DNA of 64,000 bases from Vicinamibacterales bacterium (GTDB taxonomy: Bacteria > Acidobacteriota > Vicinamibacteria > Vicinamibacterales > JAMQPK01): NCBI GenBank assembly GCA_035937795.1, contig DASZHO010000200.1, positions 8,323 to 72,322 on the forward strand, given 5' to 3'. Below are positions 9,131-19,141 of this stretch, piece by piece. The position numbers were made by a program, and so were the translations under genes. Numbering within the stretch: position 1 is the stretch's first letter; each line of letters starts with the position of its first letter. The notes below the pieces were generated by a model, which was given only the letters and a program-made list of their open reading frames with translations, was not told the origin of the DNA and did no database searches.

Positions 9131-10168
9131 TCACAACACCCCGCGAATGATCAACCAGTAACCGTTCAGAAATGAATTCATGACTTTGTAGCCAAACGCG
9201 AGCATCGCCGAGTCAACATACTCCGAGGAAATGAAGATCGACCCGCTTGTCATCAACTCCCTGTCATTCACCAGGCGTTTTGGCTGAATGTGGCGGCGAA
9301 CGCTCAAGATCGACCCGATATTTGCCAGGACATATTTCATGGCCGTTAGATACTGCCGCATCTCGCGTTTCTTCAGAATGAACAAGATCACCGACATTTC
9401 ATAGACGACCAGCGCCGGCGTGCATAGAATGAGCGTCTTCGCCTGGTAAAGCTCCAGCAGAAATCTCCACCGATTCCTCACCGTGCCATAGTACCGCCGC
9501 GCACCCTTCACTCTCTTGTGATAAACAACTGCGGAGGGAATGTGATAACAGAAGTGCCCGGCGAGATTCATCTTGTGGTTGAACTCCCCGTCGTCTCCCC
9601 AACCCATGACGTAGTCTTCACTGAAATTGCCCAGTTCGGCAGCCTGGCGCTTGTCGACTAATTGAACGCCCCAGCCGATGGTCAGCCGAGGTCTATCATC
9701 GGCGTCCTTGAGTGGAAAATCGCGATTGCGCGCCAGACTCGTGCCCACATAGTGAAGCACTTGACCGTCCTGGTAGATCATCGAGGGATCGCGTTCGTAT
9801 AACGTGCGAGGGATGCAAACGGCCGCCTGAGGCAGATTCTTGAGCCCGCCGAGTAACTGATCCAGACAGTCGGGCTTCAAGGTGACATCATTGTCCACCA
9901 GAAAGACGAAGTCTGTCTTGGATTCCTCGAGCGCTCGATTGCGCAGCTTGTTCAGATTGCCGCTGTTGAATCCCAGCTCAACAACACGCACGTGAGGAAA
10001 GAGCTCTCGTACTAGCGCCGGGCTACCGTCTTCGGATCCATCATCGATCATGAGGATTTCACCCGGGGGTGAAGTGAGACCTTGGATCGACTCAAAACAA
10101 TCTTTCACGACTGCAACGCCGTTATAGTTTGAGACTACGACAGTCACGTGTGAAGAACTGAACCTCAT
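9131..10168 (-). CDS. Glycosyltransferase family 2 with C-terminal TM segments
   Basis: VTVVVSNYNG...ILMIDDGSEDGS...FLVDNDV (GT-A DxD); hydrophobic C-terminal third. ATG 10168 is preferred. The ORF track opens at 10291, which would overlap the upstream gene by 19 nt. The gene is visibly lower in G+C than its neighbours. Confidence 0.8.
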   Translation of the reverse strand: MRFSSSHVTVVVSNYNGVAVVKDCFESIQGLTSPPGEILMIDDGSEDGSPALVRELFPHVRVVELGFNSGNLNKLRNRALEESKTDFVFLVDNDVTLKPDCLDQLLGGLKNLPQAAVCIPRTLYERDPSMIYQDGQVLHYVGTSLARNRDFPLKDADDRPRLTIGWGVQLVDKRQAAELGNFSEDYVMGWGDDGEFNHKMNLAGHFCYHIPSAVVYHKRVKGARRYYGTVRNRWRFLLELYQAKTLILCTPALVVYEMSVILFILKKREMRQYLTAMKYVLANIGSILSVRRHIQPKRLVNDRELMTSGSIFISSEYVDSAMLAFGYKVMNSFLNGYWLIIRGVL

Positions 10169-10272
10169 CTCCTTCTCGTCGGTGTGCAATGTTCTATATT
10201 GGCCGTGCGGATGGTGACGTATGAGCTCGACGCATGTGGATTTCGGGCCTTTCGACTTGAAGGACGAACCCT

Positions 10273-11739
10273 TCATGGGGCGCGAACCCACCAGGCGGCC
10301 CCGAGCATCCAGACCGCAAGTAACGGGACGAGGCTCGTTCGGCCGCGGAGCCCAATCCGTTCGCCAAGATTCCAGGCCTGGTGCACTTCCGGATGGTTGC
10401 GGAAAAGCTCTGGATTCCAGCCGTACGTTTCAAACGACTCCTGGTTCACGGACACATCGCCTTCGAGGAATGCAGGCCACCACAGCTGTCTGAACGGGTG
10501 ATCGAAGAGCGAGGGCGGTTGCGGCGTAACGGAAACAGCGATCAGGGTGATGCCGATCCCGCAGGCGCAAATGGCCGCGAGGCCAAAGCGGGCAGGCCGG
10601 CCGGCGGCGTTCCAGAGAGGCGCGAGCGCCAATGCCAGAAATGGCAAGGCCGGTAACATGTGGCGAGGACCGTAGCTCCAGCCGCCCTCCCAATAGAAGT
10701 AGCTGGAATTGAGGAGGAGATAGTACACGGGAATAATCGCCGCGACGGCAAGCGGTTTCCGGTCGGCGGCCGTGCGATACCACACCCAGAACCCCACCGG
10801 CGCAAGGGCGAGCACAGGCGCCAATGGCAGGAGCCCGCGGTACGCGCCGACGAGCAGCTCGCCGATGATCGCCGGCTTCGGATAGGTGAGACCGAAGACG
10901 CCGACATGGAGTTCCCCGAGCGGCGAGTTCGCGACCGCATACCCAAGGCTGAACGGTGAGCCAAATGCTGCCGCGTTGAAAGCAGCAAGCACGGTTGCGC
11001 AGATGATCGCGCCAGCAAACAGGGCGCCAAGGACGGCCAGCCAGTCGTCTCGCTTGGCCAATCGCTCGTTGGCCACGACGAGTGCGGCAATCAAAGCAGC
11101 GGGAACCGCCACTGTGTATTCCGTCACCGTTCCCCACCCGGCGGCGATGCCGACGAGAAAGGCGCAGCGGACGCGCGCGGGTGTCACGGTAAGTGTCGGC
11201 AGCGCCACGGCCGCGCCGAATGCCAAAAGCAGGCACGCTGTCGCCAGCGCATGACCGAAGAACAGCGTGGCGAAGGCCCACGCCGGTGTGGCCAACCCGA
11301 ACGACAAGGCCGCAAACGTCGCTCCCGACTCGTTGCCGAATAGCCACAGGGCAATGAGGCTCAGGCCCACGGCGGCGGCGGCGATCGCTACGCCGTCGAG
11401 GGCCACAGTCGCCGTGTACGTCAACGCGACGATGCCACGTTCGGATTTCGGATCGACGCCGATGCTCCTGAGCGCCACGGTTGCGGCGGCGACGACGGGA
11501 ACAGCCGTCAGCGCCAAACCTGGCGCCTTGTCTGAGTAGACATGCCCGTTGTAGGTGGCCTTGTCACCGGTGTTCTCGTGGAACGCGTCGATCTGCAGCG
11601 TGTGACGCTGGAGGATCGCACGGACGAGATCGAAGCGGCTGTTCTGATTCCACCCGCCGGCCTCATAAAAGTACGCATAAGAGGCGAGCAGCACGAGGCC
11701 GAGAATCAGACGCCGGCTGCCTGGTGAGTGACCGATCAT
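10273..11739 (-). CDS. Polytopic membrane protein, GT-C-like (inference)
   Basis: ATG 11739, 17 nt after the upstream stop (the ORF track opens at 11913 inside the upstream gene). At least 12 hydrophobic segments. The first loop GGWNQNSRFDL...DKATYNGHVYSDKAPGLAL resembles the DKPPL loop of PMT_2/ArnT-like enzymes. Confidence 0.6.
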   Translation of the reverse strand: MIGHSPGSRRLILGLVLLASYAYFYEAGGWNQNSRFDLVRAILQRHTLQIDAFHENTGDKATYNGHVYSDKAPGLALTAVPVVAAATVALRSIGVDPKSERGIVALTYTATVALDGVAIAAAAVGLSLIALWLFGNESGATFAALSFGLATPAWAFATLFFGHALATACLLLAFGAAVALPTLTVTPARVRCAFLVGIAAGWGTVTEYTVAVPAALIAALVVANERLAKRDDWLAVLGALFAGAIICATVLAAFNAAAFGSPFSLGYAVANSPLGELHVGVFGLTYPKPAIIGELLVGAYRGLLPLAPVLALAPVGFWVWYRTAADRKPLAVAAIIPVYYLLLNSSYFYWEGGWSYGPRHMLPALPFLALALAPLWNAAGRPARFGLAAICACGIGITLIAVSVTPQPPSLFDHPFRQLWWPAFLEGDVSVNQESFETYGWNPELFRNHPEVHQAWNLGERIGLRGRTSLVPLLAVWMLGAAWWVRAP

Positions 11740-11755
11740 GGCCGAATTATACCGA

Positions 11756-12862
11756 TCAACGCCATAACCGGCGGCCGCGGCCTGGCAGCGCAAAGAGATA
11801 GCGATTGGGCAGACGCTTGAGCCAGTACGGATGATCACCCGGGCGCACCCCGAGGGCTCCCCGCAACCGATTGGCAAACGCGCTGCGATACCCGAGCCGC
11901 TCGAGCGCTTCAACCGTGTGGCGGCCGGAGACGCCCCAGGGTAGGCAGATGTGATTCACCGACCGGATGGCAAGCCGTTCGTTCAACGTGGCGCGTCCGC
12001 GATCCAGTTCTTCTTCAATTTCTCGACGCTGTTCAGGCTCGCTCTCGAACGGCGTGCGAGTCTTCGCCTCGTTCGCAACGCGGCGCAGGGCGGCGCGCCA
12101 ATCGCCGCGTGAAAAGAACGCGGGGCCGCCCTCACGGGCGACCAGCTTCAGACACTGCTCGTGCACGTCGAGCGGTACCATCGCCCTGAGGCCATCCGAC
12201 ATGCGCGATCGCGCCGCGTACAGAGGCGCGCCGAGCTCGCTCGCGGTCAGGAACCTGAGCGCGGGGCGTGGCACTAGTTGAGGCCTGTTGAGCAGCGGCG
12301 TGCTCGCATAGTCGGGTGTGACAAACCCGCGAGCGTCGCTCGAGGAGAAAACCATCGAATGCGTATCTGTATGGCACTGCACGTCGATGACGCCGGAGAC
12401 GCTGAGCCGGCGCAGCTCGGGCCAGGTGACGAACGGCGAACCCTCCGCCGCCGGCCGGCCCTCATCATCCAGCGTGGGACGGCAGTCGGCGGCATCGACG
12501 ATGCGCGACGGGATGGCGTAAGCGATCGCCCTCATTCCATAGCGCCGCAGGAGCGGCGCGGCCACGGTCCAGAGACTTGCCCATGCATCGTCAAAGCAGA
12601 GGCCTACGAATCGACCCTTGAGCACCGTCTCGCGGCGGGCGTGCGCGGCGATCTCGGAAGAGGTCACCGTCCGGTATCCGTTCTCTGCGAGAAAATTCAG
12701 TTTTGCGTCGAGATCCGCGCGCGCGACCTCGTGAAAATGAAATACCGGCAGCAGATCGCCGGTCGGGCCGCCCAGCAGAAATGCAGGATAACGTCCGGCG
12801 GCCAGGTCGATGACGCCGCGCAGCTTCCCCCCACGCTCCTCGAAGGGCACGCCAGTTGTCAT
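11756..12862 (-). CDS. Polysaccharide deacetylase family protein (NodB-homology/CE4-like)
   Basis: ATG 12862. GLCFDDAWASLWTVAAPLLRRYGMRAIAYAI and HTDTHSMVF resemble NodB-homology motifs. First gene of the minus-strand operon 12862->6614. Confidence 0.75.
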   Translation of the reverse strand: MTTGVPFEERGGKLRGVIDLAAGRYPAFLLGGPTGDLLPVFHFHEVARADLDAKLNFLAENGYRTVTSSEIAAHARRETVLKGRFVGLCFDDAWASLWTVAAPLLRRYGMRAIAYAIPSRIVDAADCRPTLDDEGRPAAEGSPFVTWPELRRLSVSGVIDVQCHTDTHSMVFSSSDARGFVTPDYASTPLLNRPQLVPRPALRFLTASELGAPLYAARSRMSDGLRAMVPLDVHEQCLKLVAREGGPAFFSRGDWRAALRRVANEAKTRTPFESEPEQRREIEEELDRGRATLNERLAIRSVNHICLPWGVSGRHTVEALERLGYRSAFANRLRGALGVRPGDHPYWLKRLPNRYLFALPGRGRRLWR

Positions 12863-12889
12863 GCTGGGTTAACCAATGCCTATCATATT

Positions 12890-12919
12890 ATCTATCCGTG
12901 TCTCATCTATCCGTGTCTC
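12890..12919. repeat. Perfect 15-bp tandem direct repeat ATCTATCCGTGTCTC x2 in a divergent control region
   Basis: Read directly: 12890-12904 and 12905-12919 are identical. The repeat lies in the AT-rich gap between ATG 12862 (minus) and the first plausible plus-strand start, GTG 12913. Confidence 0.9.
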
Positions 12920-14766
12920 GCGCGGTTGGCACGCTGTCGGTCGCCGCCGCGCTCATTGCGATCCTCATCGCCGCAGGATCTGTGGATGTGGCGCGAAGCG
13001 GATTCGGCGTGAAGGGCGACGAAGCCACGTACGCGTCGATGGCTCTCAGCCTCGCGTTCGACCACGACCTGAGTTATCAACGAGCGGACCTCGAGCGCTT
13101 TCGCACGCTGTATGGGCAGGGGCCGGAAGGCATCTTTCTGAAGCGGGGTGAGCAGTGGCATTTCTATATCGACAGCACTCCTCCGTTCGGGCACTTCGAC
13201 AGGGTTCCGGATCCTCCTGATTCCAACCGGCTGTATTTCGGCAAGGCGTTCATCTATTCGTTGTTCGCCGCCCCGTTCGTCCGGCTGTTCGGCCTGAACG
13301 GGTTTCTCATCTTTCATGCGCTCCTGATGTTCGGGGTGATTCTCTGCGGATACGTATTTCTCTCGGCGCGGTCACGGGCCGGCCCCGCCCTCGGCTTTAC
13401 GCTTGCGTTCGTCGGACTGACCGTCGTCCCCATTTACGGGGTCTTCTTCACGTCGGACATTTTCAACTTCGCCCTCGTGTTCTACGCGTACTTTCTGTGG
13501 CTGTACAAGGAAGTCGCGCCCCCGCAGGCCTGGCGATTCCTCCGCTCGGATGGCAGCGACCTCGTCGCGGCAATACTGCTCGGCATCGCGACCTTTTCGA
13601 AACCGATCCCCGTGTTGCTCATCGTCCCACTGGTACTCTTGTTGTGGCGGCGCCGTCGATTCTGGCGTGGGATCGTCGTCGGCGTGGTCTTCGCGCTCAC
13701 AACGGCCGGCCTGTTCGGCGCGAATGCGTGGAGCTCGGGCGAGTTCAACTACCAGGGCGGCGATCGCAATACGTTCTACGGGCGTTTCCCCTTCGACGGG
13801 TCCGGCACCGTGTTCGGTCGCGGCATTCAATCGGCAACCAATGACGCCGACGCGGAAAGCGTGTTGAAGGGGTCCGAGTTCGTCAATCGCTTCGACCACA
13901 ATGTCGAGTATTTCTTCGTCGGCCGTCACTTTGGCTTCGTGCCGTACTTCTTCCCGGGCTTCGTTGGCGTGTGCCTCTGGCTGTTTTCCAGGGAGCGCTT
14001 CACCGCGTGGCGCGTGCTGGCGCTCGTCGCGCTCGTCGTGTCGACGATCGTGTTGCTGATCTTTCTGCCGTATTCGTGGAGCGGGGGCGGCGGGCCGCCC
14101 GGCAATCGGTACTTCTTGAATTTGTACCCGGTCGTGTTCTTCCTTGTCCCACCGCTGCGGTCGATGACGACGCCGGTTGTTGCCGGGATAGGCAGTGCGC
14201 TGTTTACGGCGCATATGCTGATGCATCCGTTCGTGACCGCCAAATACACCTATCTCATGACCGAATCGGGCCCCGCGCGATCTCTTCCGGTCGAGCTGAC
14301 GATGGCCAACGACCTGCCGGTGATGCTGAGTTCGTCGCCGCTGCGCGGCCATATCCCTTACGGCGACGATCCGTTCATGCTGCTCTATTTTCTCGATCAG
14401 AACGCTTTTCCGCCCGAACCGATGGGGATGTGGGTCGGCAACCACCGGGCGGATATCATCGTGAGGACCGAGGATCCGCTCGATCACCTCGTCATCACGG
14501 CCGAATCACCCATCCAGACGACGCTGACGGTATCCGCGGGTGCTGAGGCGGTAACCGTGACAATGGCGCCGAACACGCCGGTGAATTTCAATGTGCCGGT
14601 CCGCGGCGTACGCGGATTTCAGAGTTACGAGTACTTGATGTCGGCCAAAGCGTCCGAAGCCTTTGTTCCGCACCTCCTTGACCCGAAGTCCGGCGATTAT
14701 CGAACCCTCGGAGCGCAGTTGCGGTTCTCCGCGGTCAGAGCCGTCCGCTCTCAGGCCTCCCGATGA
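12913..14766 (+). CDS. Polytopic membrane protein with soluble C-terminal tail, GT-C-like (inference)
   Basis: The ORF opens at TTG 12856, overlapping the divergent gene; GTG 12913 is the first plausible start. Loop motif GDEATYASMALSLAFDHDL is shared with 16466..19108. The C-terminal tail ends FVPHLLDPKSGDYRTLG. Confidence 0.6.
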   Translation: MSRAVGTLSVAAALIAILIAAGSVDVARSGFGVKGDEATYASMALSLAFDHDLSYQRADLERFRTLYGQGPEGIFLKRGEQWHFYIDSTPPFGHFDRVPDPPDSNRLYFGKAFIYSLFAAPFVRLFGLNGFLIFHALLMFGVILCGYVFLSARSRAGPALGFTLAFVGLTVVPIYGVFFTSDIFNFALVFYAYFLWLYKEVAPPQAWRFLRSDGSDLVAAILLGIATFSKPIPVLLIVPLVLLLWRRRRFWRGIVVGVVFALTTAGLFGANAWSSGEFNYQGGDRNTFYGRFPFDGSGTVFGRGIQSATNDADAESVLKGSEFVNRFDHNVEYFFVGRHFGFVPYFFPGFVGVCLWLFSRERFTAWRVLALVALVVSTIVLLIFLPYSWSGGGGPPGNRYFLNLYPVVFFLVPPLRSMTTPVVAGIGSALFTAHMLMHPFVTAKYTYLMTESGPARSLPVELTMANDLPVMLSSSPLRGHIPYGDDPFMLLYFLDQNAFPPEPMGMWVGNHRADIIVRTEDPLDHLVITAESPIQTTLTVSAGAEAVTVTMAPNTPVNFNVPVRGVRGFQSYEYLMSAKASEAFVPHLLDPKSGDYRTLGAQLRFSAVRAVRSQASR

Positions 14767-16454
14767 GCCAGACTGATCGAGCGGTCGGGGAGATCCCCGG
14801 CGGAGGATGGCGCGAATTGCTCGCGGTTCTGGCGGGCGGCACGGCGCTCGCGGTCTGTCTCACATATCCGTTTGCTCTGCGGATGGGCGACGCCGGGCGG
14901 GTCGATTCCACTGACGGCGAGTTCTCGATCTGGAACGTCGCCTGGGTGGCCAGGACGCTGGTGGTCGATCCCCGCCACGTGCTCGACGCCAATATCTTCT
15001 ATCCGCACCTCAGAACGTTGTTGTATTCGGAGACGAACCTCGGCGCCGGCGCGCTTGGCATCCCTGCCTATTGGGCGACCCGCAATCCCATTTTCGCCAC
15101 CAACTTTGTCTTTCTCCTCTCCCTTATTCTGGGCGTCACGGGCGCGTACTATCTGGTTCGTTATCTCGTCCGCGACCGCCGAGGGGCCGCCGTTGCCGCG
15201 ATCTGTTTCGGTTTCTGTCCCTACGTGTTCGCCCACACGCCTCATATCCAACTGTTGATGACGGCAGGTCTGCCGTTCAGCATGCTCGCGTTTCACCGGG
15301 CTGCCGATCTGCCATCGGCACGTCGCGGCATCGTATTGGGTCTGTCGATGGCCGCACAGACGGCGTTTTGTGGATACTACGCGGTATTTGTAATCTTGCT
15401 CGTCGGATTCGCAACGCTGGCCGTTCCAACCCTGCGCGGATCGTGGAGCAACCTGCGTTACTGGAGGATGATCGCGGTCGCGGCGCTGACCGCCGCGCTC
15501 GTCGTGGCACCCCTCGCGGTTCCGTATCTGCAATTTCAGCGCGAGAGCGGGTTTCAACGGGCTCTCGGGGAAGCCACTCGTTACTCCGCCAACTTGACCG
15601 CATATCTGGCGTCCAATGCCATGGCACACGGCTGGATGCTGTCACTCCTTGATCGCTTCGAGCATTGGAGCGAGGTTCTCTTCCCCGGTTTCGTCGCGAC
15701 GCTCGGCGGCGCGGCTGGATTGGTGCTGGCGTGGAGAAGCGGCGGCCGGCTGAGGGAAGTTGGCGTCATTTACGGCACCATCACGCTGCTCGCATTCTGG
15801 GCATCGTTCGGACCGCAAGCCGGGCTCTACACGGTGATGTACTGGGTCATCCCGTTCGTCACCTCGCTGCGGGCGCCGGCGCGTTTTGGCCTCATCGTCG
15901 CGCTCGGACTCGCAGTGTTGACGGGCGTGGCGGTGCGTGAGGGGCTTGCCCGTGTCAAATGGCCATCGGCGGCTGGCGCGCTGCTGGTGATCGTCGCCGC
16001 GGCCGATCTCGCCGTGCCGCTGGGCACGGGCATCATGCGCGAGGTTCCGCCCCTCTCTCCGGCATACTCGCTCATGAGCAAGCTGCCTGCGGGACCGGTC
16101 ATCGAGCTGCCGTTTTGGTCGAGCGGCTCGGAACTGCACGGACACGCCCGGTACATGCGCTATTCAACCTCGCACTGGATGCCGCTCGTCAACGGCTACA
16201 GCGATTACATTCCTCCGGACTTCATCGAATCGGCGGCAAGAGTTCAAGGTTTTCCAAGTCGTGATGCCTTCCAGGCTCTTGCGGCGCGGCACCCCAGGTA
16301 CGCCGTGTTTCACATGCTGGCCTACGGCGACCAGGATCGCGCCGCGGTATCGGCGAAGCTGAATGAATTTGCGCCCTACCTTGCGCCGCTCTATATCGAT
16401 GATGAAACGCGGCTCTATGAGATTCTGAAATTTCCGCCGGCGCCCGCGCCATGA
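14763..16454 (+). CDS. Polytopic membrane protein (family not recognised; GT-C-like by context)
   Basis: ATG 14763 overlaps the upstream stop (ATGA). About 12 hydrophobic segments; loop RVDSTDGEFSIWNVAW. Confidence 0.55.
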   Translation: MSQTDRAVGEIPGGGWRELLAVLAGGTALAVCLTYPFALRMGDAGRVDSTDGEFSIWNVAWVARTLVVDPRHVLDANIFYPHLRTLLYSETNLGAGALGIPAYWATRNPIFATNFVFLLSLILGVTGAYYLVRYLVRDRRGAAVAAICFGFCPYVFAHTPHIQLLMTAGLPFSMLAFHRAADLPSARRGIVLGLSMAAQTAFCGYYAVFVILLVGFATLAVPTLRGSWSNLRYWRMIAVAALTAALVVAPLAVPYLQFQRESGFQRALGEATRYSANLTAYLASNAMAHGWMLSLLDRFEHWSEVLFPGFVATLGGAAGLVLAWRSGGRLREVGVIYGTITLLAFWASFGPQAGLYTVMYWVIPFVTSLRAPARFGLIVALGLAVLTGVAVREGLARVKWPSAAGALLVIVAAADLAVPLGTGIMREVPPLSPAYSLMSKLPAGPVIELPFWSSGSELHGHARYMRYSTSHWMPLVNGYSDYIPPDFIESAARVQGFPSRDAFQALAARHPRYAVFHMLAYGDQDRAAVSAKLNEFAPYLAPLYIDDETRLYEILKFPPAPAP

Positions 16455-16465
16455 CTGGCAGTGAG

Positions 16466-19108
16466 CTATCGCGTGGCGATCCAGACGCCCAGAAATCGGT
16501 CGTCCTGACTCGTGGCGTCGACATCCGACGGACGAAACCCGGAGAGCGACCGAACCGTCAAGGGCGTTCCCGGTCCTTCATGCACTGGAATCTCGATGAC
16601 GCTTTCCTCGCTCGGCGCGAGGTCCAAATTGCGAAGCCAATCCCCGCTTTCCAGGGTGACCTGGTTCTTGACCGCGCCGTTTCGTACGAACAAGTGGAGC
16701 GTTTCGCGAACATCGGGCGCGATCACGAAGTCCGCGTCCGCTCCGCGGCCAATCCAGGTGCCGTCGGGCTCGACCCACACAGGCCCGCTGAGGTGAAACA
16801 TGACCGCAGAGCCATAACGGGCCCCGTGCCCGGCTTCAGAGCCGCTCTCGATTCGATCGCGGGGCGGGAGTACTGACACCGCACGAAGCTCCACATTGCG
16901 CAGGCTGCCTCTTGCGGCCTCATCGAGGTCGAGCTCGAGCGCCGCGACAGCAACCGGAAGCGACACCGTGTTTTTCCAGGTCGTTGAAAGGGATGCAACA
17001 GTCCAATCCCCGATTGCGGGAGAGTCGGGATCGGTCATCACCCGAATTCGTCCAGCCGGATGACCGCGCACGGTACCGGTGATTTCATAGATGCCCGGTG
17101 GCAGGTGCACCATTTTCGACCATTCGCTGCGATTGGCTGTTACAAGCCGCGCCAACGGAATCTCGGCGGGTAAGCTCTGCAACGGGATTCGCCGAAACGG
17201 TCGGTACTCCAGCGCCAGTTGACCGCTGCCGTTGTCGTACTGGCGTAGAACCGAAGCCCCGCCGGAAGATGGGATCGGCGCAGCGGCATGATTGGTGCGC
17301 CAGACGAGCGACACCGCACAGGTAATTGTCACTTGCATGGCGAGGCTCAGAACCACAAGCGAGCTCCCCCAACGCTGGACCGCCATCGTCGCGGCCATCG
17401 CGGCCGCGACCGCGGCGAGCCAGATCGCTGTTTGGCCCACGACGACAGATGGCGGATTCTGGAACAGGCTCGGGAGTGCCCTGGTCAGATCGACCGCCGG
17501 CAGCAGCCACGCAGCCAGGCGTGAGCTGCCATCGCGGAAGTTGAATACCAGCTCGCCGCGAGCGACCCACGTCATCGTGGCGGTAATCAGCACACTCGTG
17601 AACAACGCGCCGACGCCAAACGCTCGCGCGGCCGCTCCGCGTATGTCGGCGAACCACGTCGCTGTCGGGATCGCAAGCACGAGGGTGAGCGGCACCAGGA
17701 ACCTCGCTGGGGCACTGGTGCCGCCCCACCACATATAGAAGAACGTGACGACCACGAAGTACGGCAGCGTGACGATGAGCAACTCCACGGCGAGCCGCCG
17801 CGGACCACGCCACAGCATGACCGCCAGCCCTGCAAACGCACACAAGTAGATCGGCGCATTGGGCAACAATCCGAACTGCTGATCGAACAAGAGACCCGGG
17901 GCCCCGCGCACGATATTGCCGGCGGCGGTTTCCAGCGTTCCGCCATAAGGCGCCGATGGATTCGGAGTTCCATAAATGATTTGGAAAAAACACAGCCAGC
18001 CGACAGCGCTCACCGCGGGTACGGTCACCAGCGCCGCCAGACGTTTGGCGCGGCCGTGTTCGCTGAGTAGCCGGCCGGCAACCACCAGCGCGCAGCAAGC
18101 CGCGAGTATCGCGAACCGCGAGTGAAGCCACGGCAGCATCGCCAGCGCCGCGCCGACGGCAAACAGCCAGCGCGGCTGGCGCGCACGGGCGCTGACGAGC
18201 GGAACGATTCCGGCGAGCACCAGCGCAGCGGCCGGTCCGTCAGGAAACACAGTGCCCGTCAGGAAAAAATACGGCACGGAGAGGCTCACCCCGGCCCACC
18301 CGAACCAGCTGGCGGCCTGATTGCGCGTGACCTGCCAGGCAACATACCAGGCCAGACCGCTGGCGAACGCGCTCAGGGCAAGCAGCGCACCGACCACGCC
18401 ATGATAGCCAAACGCCGCAAAAAACGGCGCGACGAGCAGCGGAAGGCCGGGCGCGTGGATCGAGTAGATGGCGCCGTTTTTTCCGCGAGCCCGATAGTCT
18501 GGCTTCAGGGTGGTCGTCGAGTACGCGCGGTAGTCGCGCTGGAGATGATTGTTTTCAATCTGCAGATCTCGATCCTCGAGCAGGCTCTGCGTGATGATCA
18601 GGTAATGAGGCTCGTCGCCGTTTGGGTGCTGCGGTGCGGTGGCCCAGACACCGAGACCGTATACGACAAGGCCGATTCCTCCAGCCAGGAGCGCTGAACC
18701 TGACGCCGAATGCAATCTGTTTTGCAGCGGGCGGAGCGCTCCCCGAACCAGCGGCGCCGCAAGCATGGCCCCGATCGCAATCCAGACCCACACCGCGACA
18801 TGGCCTGTCCAGACAAACACCGACAACGGCAACCGGACGGGCAGCCACGGCAGCAGGAGCATCCCCGACAGCCACAGGGGAGCCGACCCGCGCGCGGTTG
18901 GGCGCACCTCGTACGCGAGAACCGCGGCCACCAGAAAGGCCGCCAGGAGCCAGATGGGAGCGGGAAGGATGCCAACGTATCGCGCGCGATTGCCGGTGTC
19001 GAGAAACGCGATTGCGCCGAACGAGACCCAGAACGCAGCGGCGGCGCAGACCAGCGCGCAGGTTGCGGCCGCGGAGATGTGTTTACCCGTTGCGTGCAGA
19101 AGAGCCAC
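16466..19108 (-). CDS. Large polytopic membrane protein with ~280-aa C-terminal beta-rich domain, GT-C-like (inference)
   Basis: GTG 19108. N-terminal ~600 aa polytopic with NGDEPHYLIITQSLLEDRDL and YSIHAPGLPLL. The C-terminal soluble region ends FRPSDVDATSQDDRFLGVWI. Confidence 0.6.
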   Translation of the reverse strand: MALLHATGKHISAAATCALVCAAAAFWVSFGAIAFLDTGNRARYVGILPAPIWLLAAFLVAAVLAYEVRPTARGSAPLWLSGMLLLPWLPVRLPLSVFVWTGHVAVWVWIAIGAMLAAPLVRGALRPLQNRLHSASGSALLAGGIGLVVYGLGVWATAPQHPNGDEPHYLIITQSLLEDRDLQIENNHLQRDYRAYSTTTLKPDYRARGKNGAIYSIHAPGLPLLVAPFFAAFGYHGVVGALLALSAFASGLAWYVAWQVTRNQAASWFGWAGVSLSVPYFFLTGTVFPDGPAAALVLAGIVPLVSARARQPRWLFAVGAALAMLPWLHSRFAILAACCALVVAGRLLSEHGRAKRLAALVTVPAVSAVGWLCFFQIIYGTPNPSAPYGGTLETAAGNIVRGAPGLLFDQQFGLLPNAPIYLCAFAGLAVMLWRGPRRLAVELLIVTLPYFVVVTFFYMWWGGTSAPARFLVPLTLVLAIPTATWFADIRGAAARAFGVGALFTSVLITATMTWVARGELVFNFRDGSSRLAAWLLPAVDLTRALPSLFQNPPSVVVGQTAIWLAAVAAAMAATMAVQRWGSSLVVLSLAMQVTITCAVSLVWRTNHAAAPIPSSGGASVLRQYDNGSGQLALEYRPFRRIPLQSLPAEIPLARLVTANRSEWSKMVHLPPGIYEITGTVRGHPAGRIRVMTDPDSPAIGDWTVASLSTTWKNTVSLPVAVAALELDLDEAARGSLRNVELRAVSVLPPRDRIESGSEAGHGARYGSAVMFHLSGPVWVEPDGTWIGRGADADFVIAPDVRETLHLFVRNGAVKNQVTLESGDWLRNLDLAPSEESVIEIPVHEGPGTPLTVRSLSGFRPSDVDATSQDDRFLGVWIATR

Positions 19109-19141
19109 CCTCGGCTTGAATCATAGCCACACCATGCGGCG

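Noticed and set aside
12924-12941. Possible sigma-54 promoter (TTGGCACGCTGTCGGTCGC) in front of the 12913 operon
   Set aside because: The -24-like TGGCAC is present. The -12 element five nucleotides downstream reads CGGTC rather than TTGC. It also lies inside or at the start of the coding region.
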